Assembly (NCBI GenBank): GCA_964291405.2
Contig: OZ219926.1
Span: 1-64,000, forward strand
DNA length: 64,000 bases
Direction of reading: 5' to 3'
From: Thermodesulfobacteriota bacterium
Lineage (GTDB): Bacteria; Desulfobacterota; Binatia; Bin18
The position numbers and the translations under genes are program-made. Below are positions 10,130 through 19,689 of this stretch, in pieces; the first letter of the stretch is position 1; every line of letters begins with the position of its first letter. The notes beneath the pieces are model-generated. The model worked only from the letters and a program-made list of their open reading frames with translations, was not told where the DNA came from and made no database searches.

Positions 10130-10981
10130 TCAAAGTCGCTGGCACTGCGGACAAAAATGCGTGCTACGCTGCCCGACCAGGGTGCGTTCAATCGGGGCCT
10201 GGCACCGCCGGCATGGCTTGCCCGTTCGGCCATAGACCCGGAAGAAATTCTGGTAGTTGCCCTCAGGATAAACCCAATCAATGGCCGCGCCGTTGTGCTT
10301 GACGCCGTCGTTCAGCGCCGCTCGAATGGCCTTATGCAGCGCCGCAACTTGACGATCGTTGAGGTCAGCGGCTCGGCAGAAGGGGTGGAGCTTGGCTCGC
10401 CAGAGCGCTTCGTCCGCATAAATGTTGCCCACCCCGGCAATAAAAGACTGATTCAGCAGCAACGCCTTGAGTCCGCCGGTTTTTTTCGCAACGAGCGGAC
10501 GAAAGCGCCGCAGCGTAAAGCCGGGTGCTAACGGTTCCGGGCCGAGATGGCCGGTCACGGTTTCGAGGTCGTCGACGCAATAGACCCGTCCAAACTTGCG
10601 TGCGTCATGAAAATGTAGAGCGTAGCCCGTGCTGAAATCGCAGGTGAAATGCACATGTTTATGCCGTGGATAGCCGGTTTCACGGACCTCGATCCGCCCG
10701 CTCATTTTGAGGTGGATGACGAGATACCGCACGGAGGCGTCTGCACCGGACCGCAAGGTCAAAACGATATATTTCCCGCGCCGTCCGAGGGATTCGATCC
10801 GGTGGCCAGGCAAGGCGCGGGTGACGGCTCGAATGGACGGTCGTATGGAATTCTGCCAATTCCCCCAGGCATGAGTGATCTCCGTCCCTATCAGAGAAGG
10901 GTAGGTTGGCAGTCCTGCCTCCGCGGGTTCACCGCGTGTGAGCTTACGGACAATGGTTTCCACTTCCGGTAGTTCGGGCAT
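10130..10981 (-). CDS. mutM: Formamidopyrimidine-DNA glycosylase
   Basis: N-terminal PELPEVE, HLKMSG, GVGNIYADEAL (H2TH) and C-terminal CxxC..CxxCQ zinc finger. Confidence 0.97.
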   Translation of the reverse strand: MPELPEVETIVRKLTRGEPAEAGLPTYPSLIGTEITHAWGNWQNSIRPSIRAVTRALPGHRIESLGRRGKYIVLTLRSGADASVRYLVIHLKMSGRIEVRETGYPRHKHVHFTCDFSTGYALHFHDARKFGRVYCVDDLETVTGHLGPEPLAPGFTLRRFRPLVAKKTGGLKALLLNQSFIAGVGNIYADEALWRAKLHPFCRAADLNDRQVAALHKAIRAALNDGVKHNGAAIDWVYPEGNYQNFFRVYGRTGKPCRRCQAPIERTLVGQRSTHFCPQCQRL

Positions 10982-11046
10982 AGCCTATAGCCTCTCCATT
11001 AAAAAGTTGATAGCTGAACGCCAAGGAACGAGGAGGAGATTCAGAC

Positions 11047-11400
11047 ATGGCAGTGAAAAAGTTTTCAAGCGCGTACTACGTGGTCAACAATATGGACCAG
11101 GCCGTCAATTTTTACCAGGATATCCTGGGTCTCGACGTCAAATTTCGTGATGGTAACCGCTGGACCCAGTTCGACGTGAATGGGGTCGGAGTGGCCCTGG
11201 CCGACCCGAGCGAAGGCTCGGTTCCTCCGGGCGGCGGAGCCACCGTGGTGCTTGAGGTCGAGGATCTCGGGGAAATGCGCGAGAAGCTGACCCAAAACGG
11301 CGTCACGGTCAACGAGACCGTAGACATGGGCGGGCACGGCAAATATTTCACCGCCGTGGACCCGGCCGGCAATATCGTCCAGATCTTCGCCCGCTCGTAG
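11047..11400 (+). CDS. VOC/glyoxalase family protein
   Basis: AVNFYQDILG and DPAGN motifs, RBS GAGGAG. Confidence 0.9.
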   Translation: MAVKKFSSAYYVVNNMDQAVNFYQDILGLDVKFRDGNRWTQFDVNGVGVALADPSEGSVPPGGGATVVLEVEDLGEMREKLTQNGVTVNETVDMGGHGKYFTAVDPAGNIVQIFARS

Positions 11401-11474
11401 AGGTGCAATATTCCTCTACCAAAGCCGTTCAAATCTGGTATGGAACACAAATCCCCCTGTCAGGAGAAGATGTC

Positions 11475-12527
11475 ATGAAACAACTCTGGTCGGACTGGAT
11501 GAAGAGCCTTGTTGTCATAGTGGGTCTTGGAGTGGTGGTGGGGCCGACTTCGGTTGCTTGGAGCCATGGAGATGGCACGGATAAAGTCCCGCTCTGGCAG
11601 TGGGAGCCGGAGCAGTTTCAGCAGCACGTGGCCACAGTCCGGAGCGGTAAAGACCTGACACCTGAGTCCTGGCCGGACGGGACGCGGGTGGCGGTGAGTT
11701 TGTCGTTTGACTTTGACACCGAGCCGGTCTGGATGGGATTTCAGGACCAGCAGAGCCCCTCGTATATGTCGCGGGGTGAGTATGGCGCCCGCTCGGGCAT
11801 GCCACGTATCTTCAACCTCTTGGACAAGCACGACATCCCGGCCACGTTTTTTATTCCTGCCATCTCAATGGTCCTGCACCCGCAGGTCATTGAGGAAATC
11901 AAGAAACACGCCGACTATGAGATCGGCTTTCACTCCTACGTGCACGAAAATCCGCTGACGCTGAGTGAAGCGGAAGAGCGCGCCGTGTATGAGAAAGCCA
12001 TGAAAATCTTTGTCGAAAGAGTGGGCAAACGACCGGCCGGCTTTCGGTCCGCCGCCTGGGACCTGACCCCGGCGACCATTCAGATCGTCAAGGAAATGGG
12101 CTTTTTATACGAGAGCAGCATGATGGCGGATGACCGGCCCTACACCCTGCTGGCCAACGGAGAAGAAACCGGACTGATTGAACTCCCGGTCGAATGGATC
12201 CTCGACGATTGGCCGTTATTTCAAATAAGCTGGCCGAGTCGGCACGTCAGTATCCGCAATGCCGACGACGTATACTCGATCTGGAGAGACGAATTTGACG
12301 GGGCCTATGAAGAAGGGTCCATGTATATTCTCACCATGCACCCCCAAGTCATTGGTCATCGCTACCGCATGAAAATGCTCGACAAGCTCGTCACCTATAT
12401 GAAGAGCAAACCCGGAGTCTGGTTCGCCACCCACGAACAGATCGCGCTCTATGTCAAAGAGCAAGCCGGACTGGGAGACGACGACACCTCGGCGGCAAAG
12501 CCCGCAGAGGAGCGGCCTGCCGGATAA
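11475..12527 (+). CDS. Secreted polysaccharide deacetylase (PuuE/HpPgdA-like CE4)
   Basis: Signal-peptide-like N-terminus; SFDFD, HSYVHE, GFRS and MHPQVIG motifs. Confidence 0.88.
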   Translation: MKQLWSDWMKSLVVIVGLGVVVGPTSVAWSHGDGTDKVPLWQWEPEQFQQHVATVRSGKDLTPESWPDGTRVAVSLSFDFDTEPVWMGFQDQQSPSYMSRGEYGARSGMPRIFNLLDKHDIPATFFIPAISMVLHPQVIEEIKKHADYEIGFHSYVHENPLTLSEAEERAVYEKAMKIFVERVGKRPAGFRSAAWDLTPATIQIVKEMGFLYESSMMADDRPYTLLANGEETGLIELPVEWILDDWPLFQISWPSRHVSIRNADDVYSIWRDEFDGAYEEGSMYILTMHPQVIGHRYRMKMLDKLVTYMKSKPGVWFATHEQIALYVKEQAGLGDDDTSAAKPAEERPAG

Positions 12528-12567
12528 GCATAAGGTCTGAGTTTGGATATGAATAAAGGGGGGAAGC

Positions 12568-14253
12568 ATGGCCTACGACCTGCTCATTACAGACGCTCAG
12601 ATTTGTGACGGCACTGGCGCGGCGCTCTTTCACGGTGCTGTCGGAGTCAAGGATGGGGTTATCACCGACGCTGGCTCGGCGTCCGGACCGGCAACGCGGA
12701 CAATCAACGCCGACGGCTGCGTGGTCGCACCGGGCTTTATCGATATCCATACTCACTACGACGCGCAGGTATCCTGGGACCCGCTGCTCACCTGTTCGGG
12801 CTGGCACGGGGTGACCAGCGTCCTGATGGGCAACTGCGGGGTTGGTGTTGCGCCGTGTCGCCCGCAGGAGAAAGAGATTGTCTCGTGGGACCTGGTCAAT
12901 GTGGAGGCCATGCCGCAAGAGGTACTGCTGAATGGCGTGGCCTGGGATGAGTGGGAGAGTTTCCCGCAGTATATGCAGGCCATCGGGCAACGCGGCACGG
13001 CCCTCAACGTGGGTTTTCTGGTGCCGTTATCCAGCTTTCGCTATTTTGTCATGGGCGCCGAAGCCTCCGAGCGGGAGGCAACTGACGCAGAACTCACCCG
13101 CATGACCGCTCTTTTTCGGGAAGCCATGCAGGCCGGGGCGTATGGCTACTCGCTGAGCCTGCTTGACCAGCACATCGGCTACCAGGGCAAACCGCTGGCG
13201 AGTCGTATGGCCACCCAGAAGGAACTCTGCGCGCTCGGTCGGGTGATGCAAGAGCTGGGCAAGGGCGTCATCGAGATCGCGCTGACCCGGAGCGTGAGCG
13301 TGTTGACCGACGAAGAGTTGGCGTTGCTGCTGGCCATGGCCGAAGCCAGCCAGCGCCCGATCACCTGGCTGGCGCTCCTGGGACGGTCGGACAAACCCGG
13401 CGTCTACCGGTCGGCCCTGGACCGCCTGCAACCTTTCTTCGACAAAGGGCTGCGGATTCCACCCCAGGTTACCCCGCGCCCCATCCAGCAGTACTACACC
13501 CTCAAGGTGCCCTTTATCTTTGCCAGCCTGCCGTCGTGGAAGGAGGCGTTCAATCGACCGGTTGCGGAACAGATCGCACTCTATCGGAAGCCGGAGTTCC
13601 GCGCGGCCTTTCGCCAGGACCTGCAAATAGGCGGCGCCATTTTCACCAACCAGTGGAATCAGGTTCACGTTGTCAAGGTGACGAAAGACCATAACACCCG
13701 GCATTTGAACAAAAGCATCGCGGACATTGCCGCGGAAACGCACAGCGACCCTGTTGATACGATCCTGGACTTGGCCATTGACGAAAACCTGGAGATGGGC
13801 ATTACGCTCTCGGTCATCAACACCAATCCTGACGAAGTGCGTGAGCTGATCACCCATCCCGACTGTCTCATCGGCCTGTCCGATGCTGGAGCGCATGTAG
13901 ACCAGCATTGCGACGCCGGGGTGCCGACCTATCTGCTCGGGGAGTGGGTGAGAAAGCGCCAGGCCATGACGCTTGAGGAGGGCGTGCGCCGTCTGACCTC
14001 GGAGCCGGCCCGGTTCCTCAATCAGCCCAAGAAGGGCCGTATTGCCGCGGGCCTTGATGCGGACCTCGTCATTTTTGATCCCGAGACGATCGGTCCTCAG
14101 CCTCCCGAATGGGTCAACGATCTGCCGGGAGAAAAGCCCCGTCTGATCGAACGGGCCACCGGCGTCCAGCATACCGTTGTCGGCGGTAATATCGTTTTCT
14201 CGGACAACGTCCACCAGGGCGGGCTGCCCGGTACGTTGCTCCAGCCGCTCTGA
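12568..14253 (+). CDS. N-acyl-D-amino-acid deacylase family amidohydrolase (paralog 1)
   Basis: PGFIDIHTHYD, GNCGVG and SDAGAH motifs. Confidence 0.92.
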   Translation: MAYDLLITDAQICDGTGAALFHGAVGVKDGVITDAGSASGPATRTINADGCVVAPGFIDIHTHYDAQVSWDPLLTCSGWHGVTSVLMGNCGVGVAPCRPQEKEIVSWDLVNVEAMPQEVLLNGVAWDEWESFPQYMQAIGQRGTALNVGFLVPLSSFRYFVMGAEASEREATDAELTRMTALFREAMQAGAYGYSLSLLDQHIGYQGKPLASRMATQKELCALGRVMQELGKGVIEIALTRSVSVLTDEELALLLAMAEASQRPITWLALLGRSDKPGVYRSALDRLQPFFDKGLRIPPQVTPRPIQQYYTLKVPFIFASLPSWKEAFNRPVAEQIALYRKPEFRAAFRQDLQIGGAIFTNQWNQVHVVKVTKDHNTRHLNKSIADIAAETHSDPVDTILDLAIDENLEMGITLSVINTNPDEVRELITHPDCLIGLSDAGAHVDQHCDAGVPTYLLGEWVRKRQAMTLEEGVRRLTSEPARFLNQPKKGRIAAGLDADLVIFDPETIGPQPPEWVNDLPGEKPRLIERATGVQHTVVGGNIVFSDNVHQGGLPGTLLQPL

Positions 14254-14259
14254 TGGAGC

Positions 14260-14290
14260 TGTCGGATTACGCTACGCGAATCCGACCTGC
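14260..14290. repeat. GTAG-type REP-like palindrome
   Basis: TGTCGGATTACGCTACGCGAATCCGACCTGC, similar to 27121-27149. Confidence 0.7.
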
Positions 14291-14298
14291 GGGACTTG

Positions 14299-14319
14299 AT
14301 CGACGTAAGCGACGCTCAT
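14299..14319 (-). pseudogene. 5' remnant of a VapC/PIN toxin (MSVAYVD...)
   Basis: ATG overlaps the antitoxin stop (ATGA). The first 7 codons resemble a VapC start, then the frame runs into the REP and stops. Confidence 0.65.
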
Positions 14320-14591
14320 GTGCCTCGCTCGGCGAGAAAGCGTCTGAGCGCGCCGCCTCGTCGCGCCACGGCCTTGAGCGGTTGTCTTTTTCCACTGGGA
14401 CGTGCCAGGAGACCCCGGCGTTCGTACTCCGTGAGACGCTCTTCGATCATTTCCGGTCCCCGTTGGAACGGGCGAATCTCGGCCACGGGATCTCCACGAT
14501 AAGAAACCGTGATAGTCTTTCCCTGACGCACCTGCCGGATGATCTCCGAGAATTGCGCCTTGACTTCGTCAGTAGAATATGCGGATCGCAT
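14316..14591 (-). CDS. Phd/YefM family antitoxin
   Basis: EVKAQFSEIIRQVRQGKTITVSYRGDPVAEIRP. Confidence 0.9.
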   Translation of the reverse strand: MRSAYSTDEVKAQFSEIIRQVRQGKTITVSYRGDPVAEIRPFQRGPEMIEERLTEYERRGLLARPSGKRQPLKAVARRGGALRRFLAERGT

Positions 14592-14608
14592 CGATGCAAT
14601 ATAACGAG

Positions 14609-14622
14609 CCAGACTAGTCTGG
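14609..14622. promoter_or_regulatory. Perfect 14-bp palindrome, probable antitoxin autoregulatory operator
   Basis: CCAGACTAGTCTGG, 17 nt upstream of the antitoxin ATG. Confidence 0.6.
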
Positions 14623-14726
14623 TAAAATACTATTGCTCAAGCCACGACAGGTGGATAAGAGCGGAGTGGGAGTGTAACCCACCCCCGTCGCTACGTGGCA
14701 CAAAGAGGAGGGGAGAGGGGATGACA

Positions 14727-15461
14727 CTACTCGCGGCCAAAATGCTTGAAGATGCCGGTGTAGGCCTTCTTCTCCGGCGGGCGGTAGGTTTTATATTTGC
14801 TGGTGGTCTTGCCCAATTCGACCAGCGACTCGGCCATCTTGACGGCACACACCACGCCGTCGAGGACGGGTATTTCAAGTTCCCGCTCCAGCTCATCTGC
14901 AAACTGGGTAAACCCGGCGCAGCCGAGTAGAATGGCCTCGGCATCATCTTCGTCCCGCGCCCGGCGCGCTTCGATACGCAGCTTTTCGAGCGCCCCGACC
15001 GGGTCTTTTTCCACATCAAGTACATACAGGGGAGAGGTACGGATACTCACTACTTTTTCCCGAAAGCCATACCCGGCGATCATTTCTTCGAGCATGGTGC
15101 GGGTCCGCGGAATTACCGTCACAATAGAGAAGCGTGCGGCCAGCATGGAGGCCATATACAGAGAGGCTTCGGCTATGCCGACAACCGGCTTGGTAGTGTA
15201 TTCACGCGTTGCGTGCAAACCTGGGTCACCATAACAGGCGATAATATAGGCGTCGCACCGCTCAGCCTCTCCCTTTTGAATTTCTTCGAGCAGGCCGGGG
15301 ATGCTCAGGTAGTCATCGTAGTAGGACTCGATGGAGGCCGGCCCGAATCGGGGGCTGACCGCTGTGATCCGGGTGCCCGGCCGGGCTACCGACTCACCGG
15401 CCGCACCGATTGCACGCGTCATTTCCTCGGAGGTGTTGGGATTGATGATCTTGATCTTCAT
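14727..15461 (-). CDS. Asp/Glu/hydantoin (allantoin) racemase
   Basis: INPNTS, IACYGDPG and LGCAG motifs with two catalytic Cys. Confidence 0.93.
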   Translation of the reverse strand: MKIKIINPNTSEEMTRAIGAAGESVARPGTRITAVSPRFGPASIESYYDDYLSIPGLLEEIQKGEAERCDAYIIACYGDPGLHATREYTTKPVVGIAEASLYMASMLAARFSIVTVIPRTRTMLEEMIAGYGFREKVVSIRTSPLYVLDVEKDPVGALEKLRIEARRARDEDDAEAILLGCAGFTQFADELERELEIPVLDGVVCAVKMAESLVELGKTTSKYKTYRPPEKKAYTGIFKHFGRE

Positions 15462-16684
15462 GCCAGTCCTTTCTGCCGGGCCAATAGTGCCACCGTGTCA
15501 GCCAAAATATCTGCACCCAGACAGATATCTTCCGCACTGGTGTCCTCCGCGACATCGTGGCTGCGGCCGCCGATGCTGGGGATAAAAAGCATAGCGGTTG
15601 GGACATAGCGACTCAGGACCATGGCATCGTGCCCGGCTCCGCTGGGCATACGCAGGGCCGGAACGGCCCGCTGCCGGGTCGCGGCCTCAAGGGTATCGAC
15701 CAGGGTGGCGTCCATATCTGCCGGGGCGATACTCAGCAGATGGGCCACCTCAGCGCTCACGCCCTGTTGCCCATGAAACGCGGCGACCGCTGCATTGATT
15801 TCAGCTTCCAGACGATCAAGCACTTCCGGCCGAGGATCGCGGAACTCGACCAGGACCTGAGCCGAACTGGGCACGACATTACCGGCACCCGGTTCAAAAA
15901 CAATATGGCCCAAATTCCATACGCTCAGCTCGCTGCCGGCATTTGCAAACCGGTTGAGCAGTTCGGCGCAGAGACGAATCAGGACGGCCCCGGCGTCTTT
16001 GCGTAAATGCATGGGCGTTGTGCCGGCGTGGTCGGCCTGACCGGTACAGGTGATGCGGCTGCGGCGAATGCCGACGATGGCGGTCACCAGGCCGATTTTT
16101 TGTCCTTCGACCTCAAGCCGCGGCCCCTGTTCAATATGGCCTTCAAAATAGGCCAGATGGCGACCCGGATCGATCCGGGCGCGGGGTTGTCCGGCGTACC
16201 CGGCTTCGGTTAGAGCGTGTGTGAGTGAGACGCCGTGCGTATTTTTTGCGTCTTCAATATCCACGTCAGACAACTCGCCGCAAAACGACAAGCTGCCGGC
16301 CAGGGCCCGATACGTTCCTTCTTCATCGGCAAAGGAGATCACGTCAACGCCGAGACCGGACAGGGCGTTCGATTCGTTCCGTGCTCGGGCGACCTCCAGG
16401 CCGTACAGCACCCCCATCGCGCCATCCAGCCAGCCGCCTTTTGGTACGGAGTCGGTATGTGAGCCAATCAGCACGGCCGTGTCCACCCCACGTGTCCGTC
16501 CGTACACATTCCCAATCCCGTCGATCTTCGCATCAAGGCCGGCCTCGCGCATCTGCTCGACCAGCCACTGCCGTGCGGCTCGATCTTCGGGCGTAAAGGA
16601 CAGCCGATTCACCCCGGTGCCGACTTTTCCGAATTGGGCGAGCTGTGTGAGACTGTTCAGCAGGCGGGCGTGATTGAGTTGCAT
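15458..16684 (-). CDS. M20 family N-carbamoyl-L-amino-acid/allantoate amidohydrolase
   Basis: GSHTDSVPKGGWLDG, DEEG, HIEQG, HAGTTPM and SGAGHDA motifs. Overlaps the racemase start. Confidence 0.93.
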   Translation of the reverse strand: MQLNHARLLNSLTQLAQFGKVGTGVNRLSFTPEDRAARQWLVEQMREAGLDAKIDGIGNVYGRTRGVDTAVLIGSHTDSVPKGGWLDGAMGVLYGLEVARARNESNALSGLGVDVISFADEEGTYRALAGSLSFCGELSDVDIEDAKNTHGVSLTHALTEAGYAGQPRARIDPGRHLAYFEGHIEQGPRLEVEGQKIGLVTAIVGIRRSRITCTGQADHAGTTPMHLRKDAGAVLIRLCAELLNRFANAGSELSVWNLGHIVFEPGAGNVVPSSAQVLVEFRDPRPEVLDRLEAEINAAVAAFHGQQGVSAEVAHLLSIAPADMDATLVDTLEAATRQRAVPALRMPSGAGHDAMVLSRYVPTAMLFIPSIGGRSHDVAEDTSAEDICLGADILADTVALLARQKGLA

Positions 16685-16924
16685 GGATAGCACCTTATGG
16701 GAAAAGGCTATCTCACGGAAATACGAGAAAGTCCATCCCGCGCTTTCTGAGAGTGTCTCAGTGATCATGGCGAGAGGCCGCCAGGTTGACTTTTGTGATG
16801 TTTTGTTTAGGGAGTGGACTGTTGACCCGACGGCTGCAGGCTTCATATATCCAGCTCGGAATCACCCCAGTCTCGCCAAGAGGCATCGGGCAAAGCGTTT
16901 GGGGAGAACTTTGGAGGAATCGAC

Positions 16925-17341
16925 ATGACCGAAGAACAACACGACCGGGACAAAACGGCCATCGCCGAGCTGATCGCGCGGTATAATTTCGCTATTGACC
17001 ACGAAGACTATCAGGGCTGGGCAGACTGCTTTGCTCTGGACGGTGTCTTTGACGGGGTGATCGGCAAATTTGACGCCCACCGGGAACTCGACCGCTTTAC
17101 CGCCGAGGTCAAACGGCTGGCGGCCGAGAGTCCCAAGCTGCGCCACTATGTGACCAATATTCTGACCGAGGTGGACGGCGATACGGCCCGCTCGAAGTGT
17201 TTTTTGCTGCTGACCTCAACCACCAAAGAGGGCGGCAGCCGGGTGGCCATGGCCGGGGAGTACGAAGACCGGCTGGTCAAACATGAGGGTCAGTGGCTGT
17301 TTTCGTACCGCAAGGTCCATATTGACGGGGCGCTGGGATAA
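16925..17341 (+). CDS. SnoaL-like/NTF2 family protein
   Basis: IAELIARYNFAID, RHYVTN and GEYEDRLVK patterns. Confidence 0.88.
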   Translation: MTEEQHDRDKTAIAELIARYNFAIDHEDYQGWADCFALDGVFDGVIGKFDAHRELDRFTAEVKRLAAESPKLRHYVTNILTEVDGDTARSKCFLLLTSTTKEGGSRVAMAGEYEDRLVKHEGQWLFSYRKVHIDGALG

Positions 17342-17422
17342 GCGCGCCGCCCCTAATCGTCTCGGGGGTTATGTTTTTGACATAATGCATCAATTAGTCT
17401 CATCCTCTATAACGGGTAAAAC

Positions 17423-17707
17423 ATGTCGACGTATAAAGCCCTGTATAAATTCCTCGACCACGGCGTCCATGCCGAAGTATTGGATTTTCCGGGCACGATC
17501 ACCTGTGGCGCAACCCTGGAGGAAGCCCGACGGTTGCTGGCAAGCGCCCTGGCGGACATGGCCGAGACGAATCTGCTACGGGGTGAGCCTTTACCCCAGC
17601 CCGACTCCTCACTGACCGATCCGGAGGCTGACATAGAAGAGCCTATTCACCTGCTGTTGACTGCGGCGTCTCATGTCAGAGTCGTTCCTCAGTCGCCCGC
17701 ACCATGA
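17423..17707 (+). CDS. hicB: HicB family antitoxin
   Basis: DFPGTITCGATLEEARRLLASAL...GEPLPQP. Confidence 0.88.
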   Translation: MSTYKALYKFLDHGVHAEVLDFPGTITCGATLEEARRLLASALADMAETNLLRGEPLPQPDSSLTDPEADIEEPIHLLLTAASHVRVVPQSPAP

Positions 17708-17892
17708 AACGGCGCGATCTGCCGCGACACTTGAGTCAACACGGCTGTCGGTTCGTGCGGGAAGGGGGAGAACATTCGATCTGGGAGAATCCGGCCACCA
17801 ATCGCCGGACTTCGGTTCCGCGTCATCGTGAGATTCTCGAATTCACGGCTGCGCGGATTTGCAAGCAACTCGACATCCCTGTGCCCTCATGA
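17704..17892 (+). CDS. hicA: HicA family toxin
   Basis: REGGEHSIW and VPRHREI motifs, ATGA overlap with hicB. Confidence 0.9.
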   Translation: MKRRDLPRHLSQHGCRFVREGGEHSIWENPATNRRTSVPRHREILEFTAARICKQLDIPVPS

Positions 17893-19689
17893 GTCTGGCT
17901 TCCGCTCGCGTCGAAGCTGCTCCGTCCCCTCACGGTCCAACTGCATCTCTTCGGTAATCACGACGCCATATTCGCGCCGGGCGGTGTCTCGGGTGTAGTA
18001 TTCGTCCAATACATCCTCCAGGACCTGCTGCGGGTCACGCAGGTAGGGGTCGCCGTAGCCGCCGCCGGTAGCACCAATGGTAATTAAGCGCTCTCCGGCT
18101 TTGACGCTGCGATAGGGGACCTTTGAGGGCAGGGCGACTTCTTCGTGATTGAGGGTCTTCAAGGTCAGGGTGCCGGGGATGCCCGTGCTGCCTCCGTCAA
18201 ACCCCCAGGCGCCATAGACAAAACCGTCGGCCTCAACCGACGTGCCGCCGTCACTCAGATAATGCAGCTCCTTGATCGACCCCATACCGCCCCGCCACTG
18301 CCCGGGCGCACACGCATCCTCGCGTAGTTCGTAGCGTTCGACCCGGAGCGGCACGTGGGACTCAACGTCTTCAATAGGGTTATTGCGGGTGTTGGCATAC
18401 AGCGTATCAACGGTGTCCATGCCGTCGTGACCGTACCGACCACCGTAGCTGCCCTCAAAAATTTCCAGATGCACCCAAGGGCTGTTGTTCTGCCGCATCC
18501 CACTTGAGGCAATGGCCTTGAGGTTGCCGATGCCGGCACTGACCTGGCGGGGAACGGCCTGGGCCAGGGCCTTCATAACGGTATCGCTTAAGACATTGCC
18601 GGTGACAAAACGGGCAATAGTCGGGGCCGGAAAAACAGGGTTGGCCAGCGTGCCGCGCGGCGCAATGATCTGAATGGGCCGGTAGAGTCCGGCGTTTTGC
18701 GGCAGGTCGCCGTAGATTTCGGTGTCGAGCAGGACCGAGCGCAGCACCAGCCAGATGGCGACGTCAACCGTGCCAATCAGTGGCATATTGATAGGCCGGT
18801 CCGATACCTGCGGCGCGGTGCCGGTCAGGTCTACGCTCAGCTCCGATCCGCTGACCGTCAGAGTCACGCAAATGGGCAGATTACGCCGGCCCGGGTCGGG
18901 ATCGTCAATATAGCCATCCATATGGCCGGTGGCCGTATAGCTGCCATCCGGAATCTGGTCAATCGCCTGCCGCATCAAGCGCTCGGAGTAATCAAACAGG
19001 AAGGCACAGGCCGCTTCGACCGTGTGGAGCCCGTAGCGCTCGATGAGTTCGATATAGCGTTCAGCACCGATGCGACAGGCCGCGATCTGGGCCTCCATAT
19101 CGCCCACCACCAGATCGGAGATGCGGATATTATCGCGCAACAACTGCCACACCGCAGCGTTCCGGTTGCCCTGCTCATACACTTTGATCGCCTTGAACTG
19201 TAAACCCTCGGCATAGGCGTCAAACGCCTCGACAATGCCGGTGCTGCCCGGGGTCTGACAGCCGATATCGAGATGGTGGGCCGTGGTGACGGAAAAGCCG
19301 ACGAGATCACCTCGATAGAAAACCGGCACGCAAAACCCGACATCCGGGCCGTGGCTGGCCCCGCCGTACGGGTCGTTATGCATGATAACGTCGCCGGGCA
19401 GGATGGACTCTCCCCGCTTGGCGAGCGCGTCGAGCATTCCGCGCACATAGCCGGGAATAGGGCCGGACTGGAGGGGGGTGCTCTGCTTTGACTCGCATAA
19501 TTGTTCGCCACGTGCATTAACCAGGGCCGTGCCGAAATCCTCGGACTCCCGAATAATGCTCGAATACGACATACGCATGAGCTTATAGCCCATCTCCACC
19601 GCGATATTCTCCAACGCACCCAGGATGACGCTGGCCGTAATCGGATCAATGTCGCACCCTTCGGGGGCGTTGTCTGCTGGGGTTCTCAT
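17887..19689 (-). CDS. Hydantoinase B/oxoprolinase family subunit (B1)
   Basis: NDPYGGASHGPD, HHLDIG and GGGYGDP motifs. Confidence 0.93.
   Translation of the reverse strand: MRTPADNAPEGCDIDPITASVILGALENIAVEMGYKLMRMSYSSIIRESEDFGTALVNARGEQLCESKQSTPLQSGPIPGYVRGMLDALAKRGESILPGDVIMHNDPYGGASHGPDVGFCVPVFYRGDLVGFSVTTAHHLDIGCQTPGSTGIVEAFDAYAEGLQFKAIKVYEQGNRNAAVWQLLRDNIRISDLVVGDMEAQIAACRIGAERYIELIERYGLHTVEAACAFLFDYSERLMRQAIDQIPDGSYTATGHMDGYIDDPDPGRRNLPICVTLTVSGSELSVDLTGTAPQVSDRPINMPLIGTVDVAIWLVLRSVLLDTEIYGDLPQNAGLYRPIQIIAPRGTLANPVFPAPTIARFVTGNVLSDTVMKALAQAVPRQVSAGIGNLKAIASSGMRQNNSPWVHLEIFEGSYGGRYGHDGMDTVDTLYANTRNNPIEDVESHVPLRVERYELREDACAPGQWRGGMGSIKELHYLSDGGTSVEADGFVYGAWGFDGGSTGIPGTLTLKTLNHEEVALPSKVPYRSVKAGERLITIGATGGGYGDPYLRDPQQVLEDVLDEYYTRDTARREYGVVITEEMQLDREGTEQLRRERKPDS

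Noticed and set aside
13027-14214. Long antisense ORFs (also 19941-20978, 32592-33647, 38906-39994, 58899-59666)
   Set aside because: Shadow frames of well-supported GC-rich genes, with no motifs of their own.
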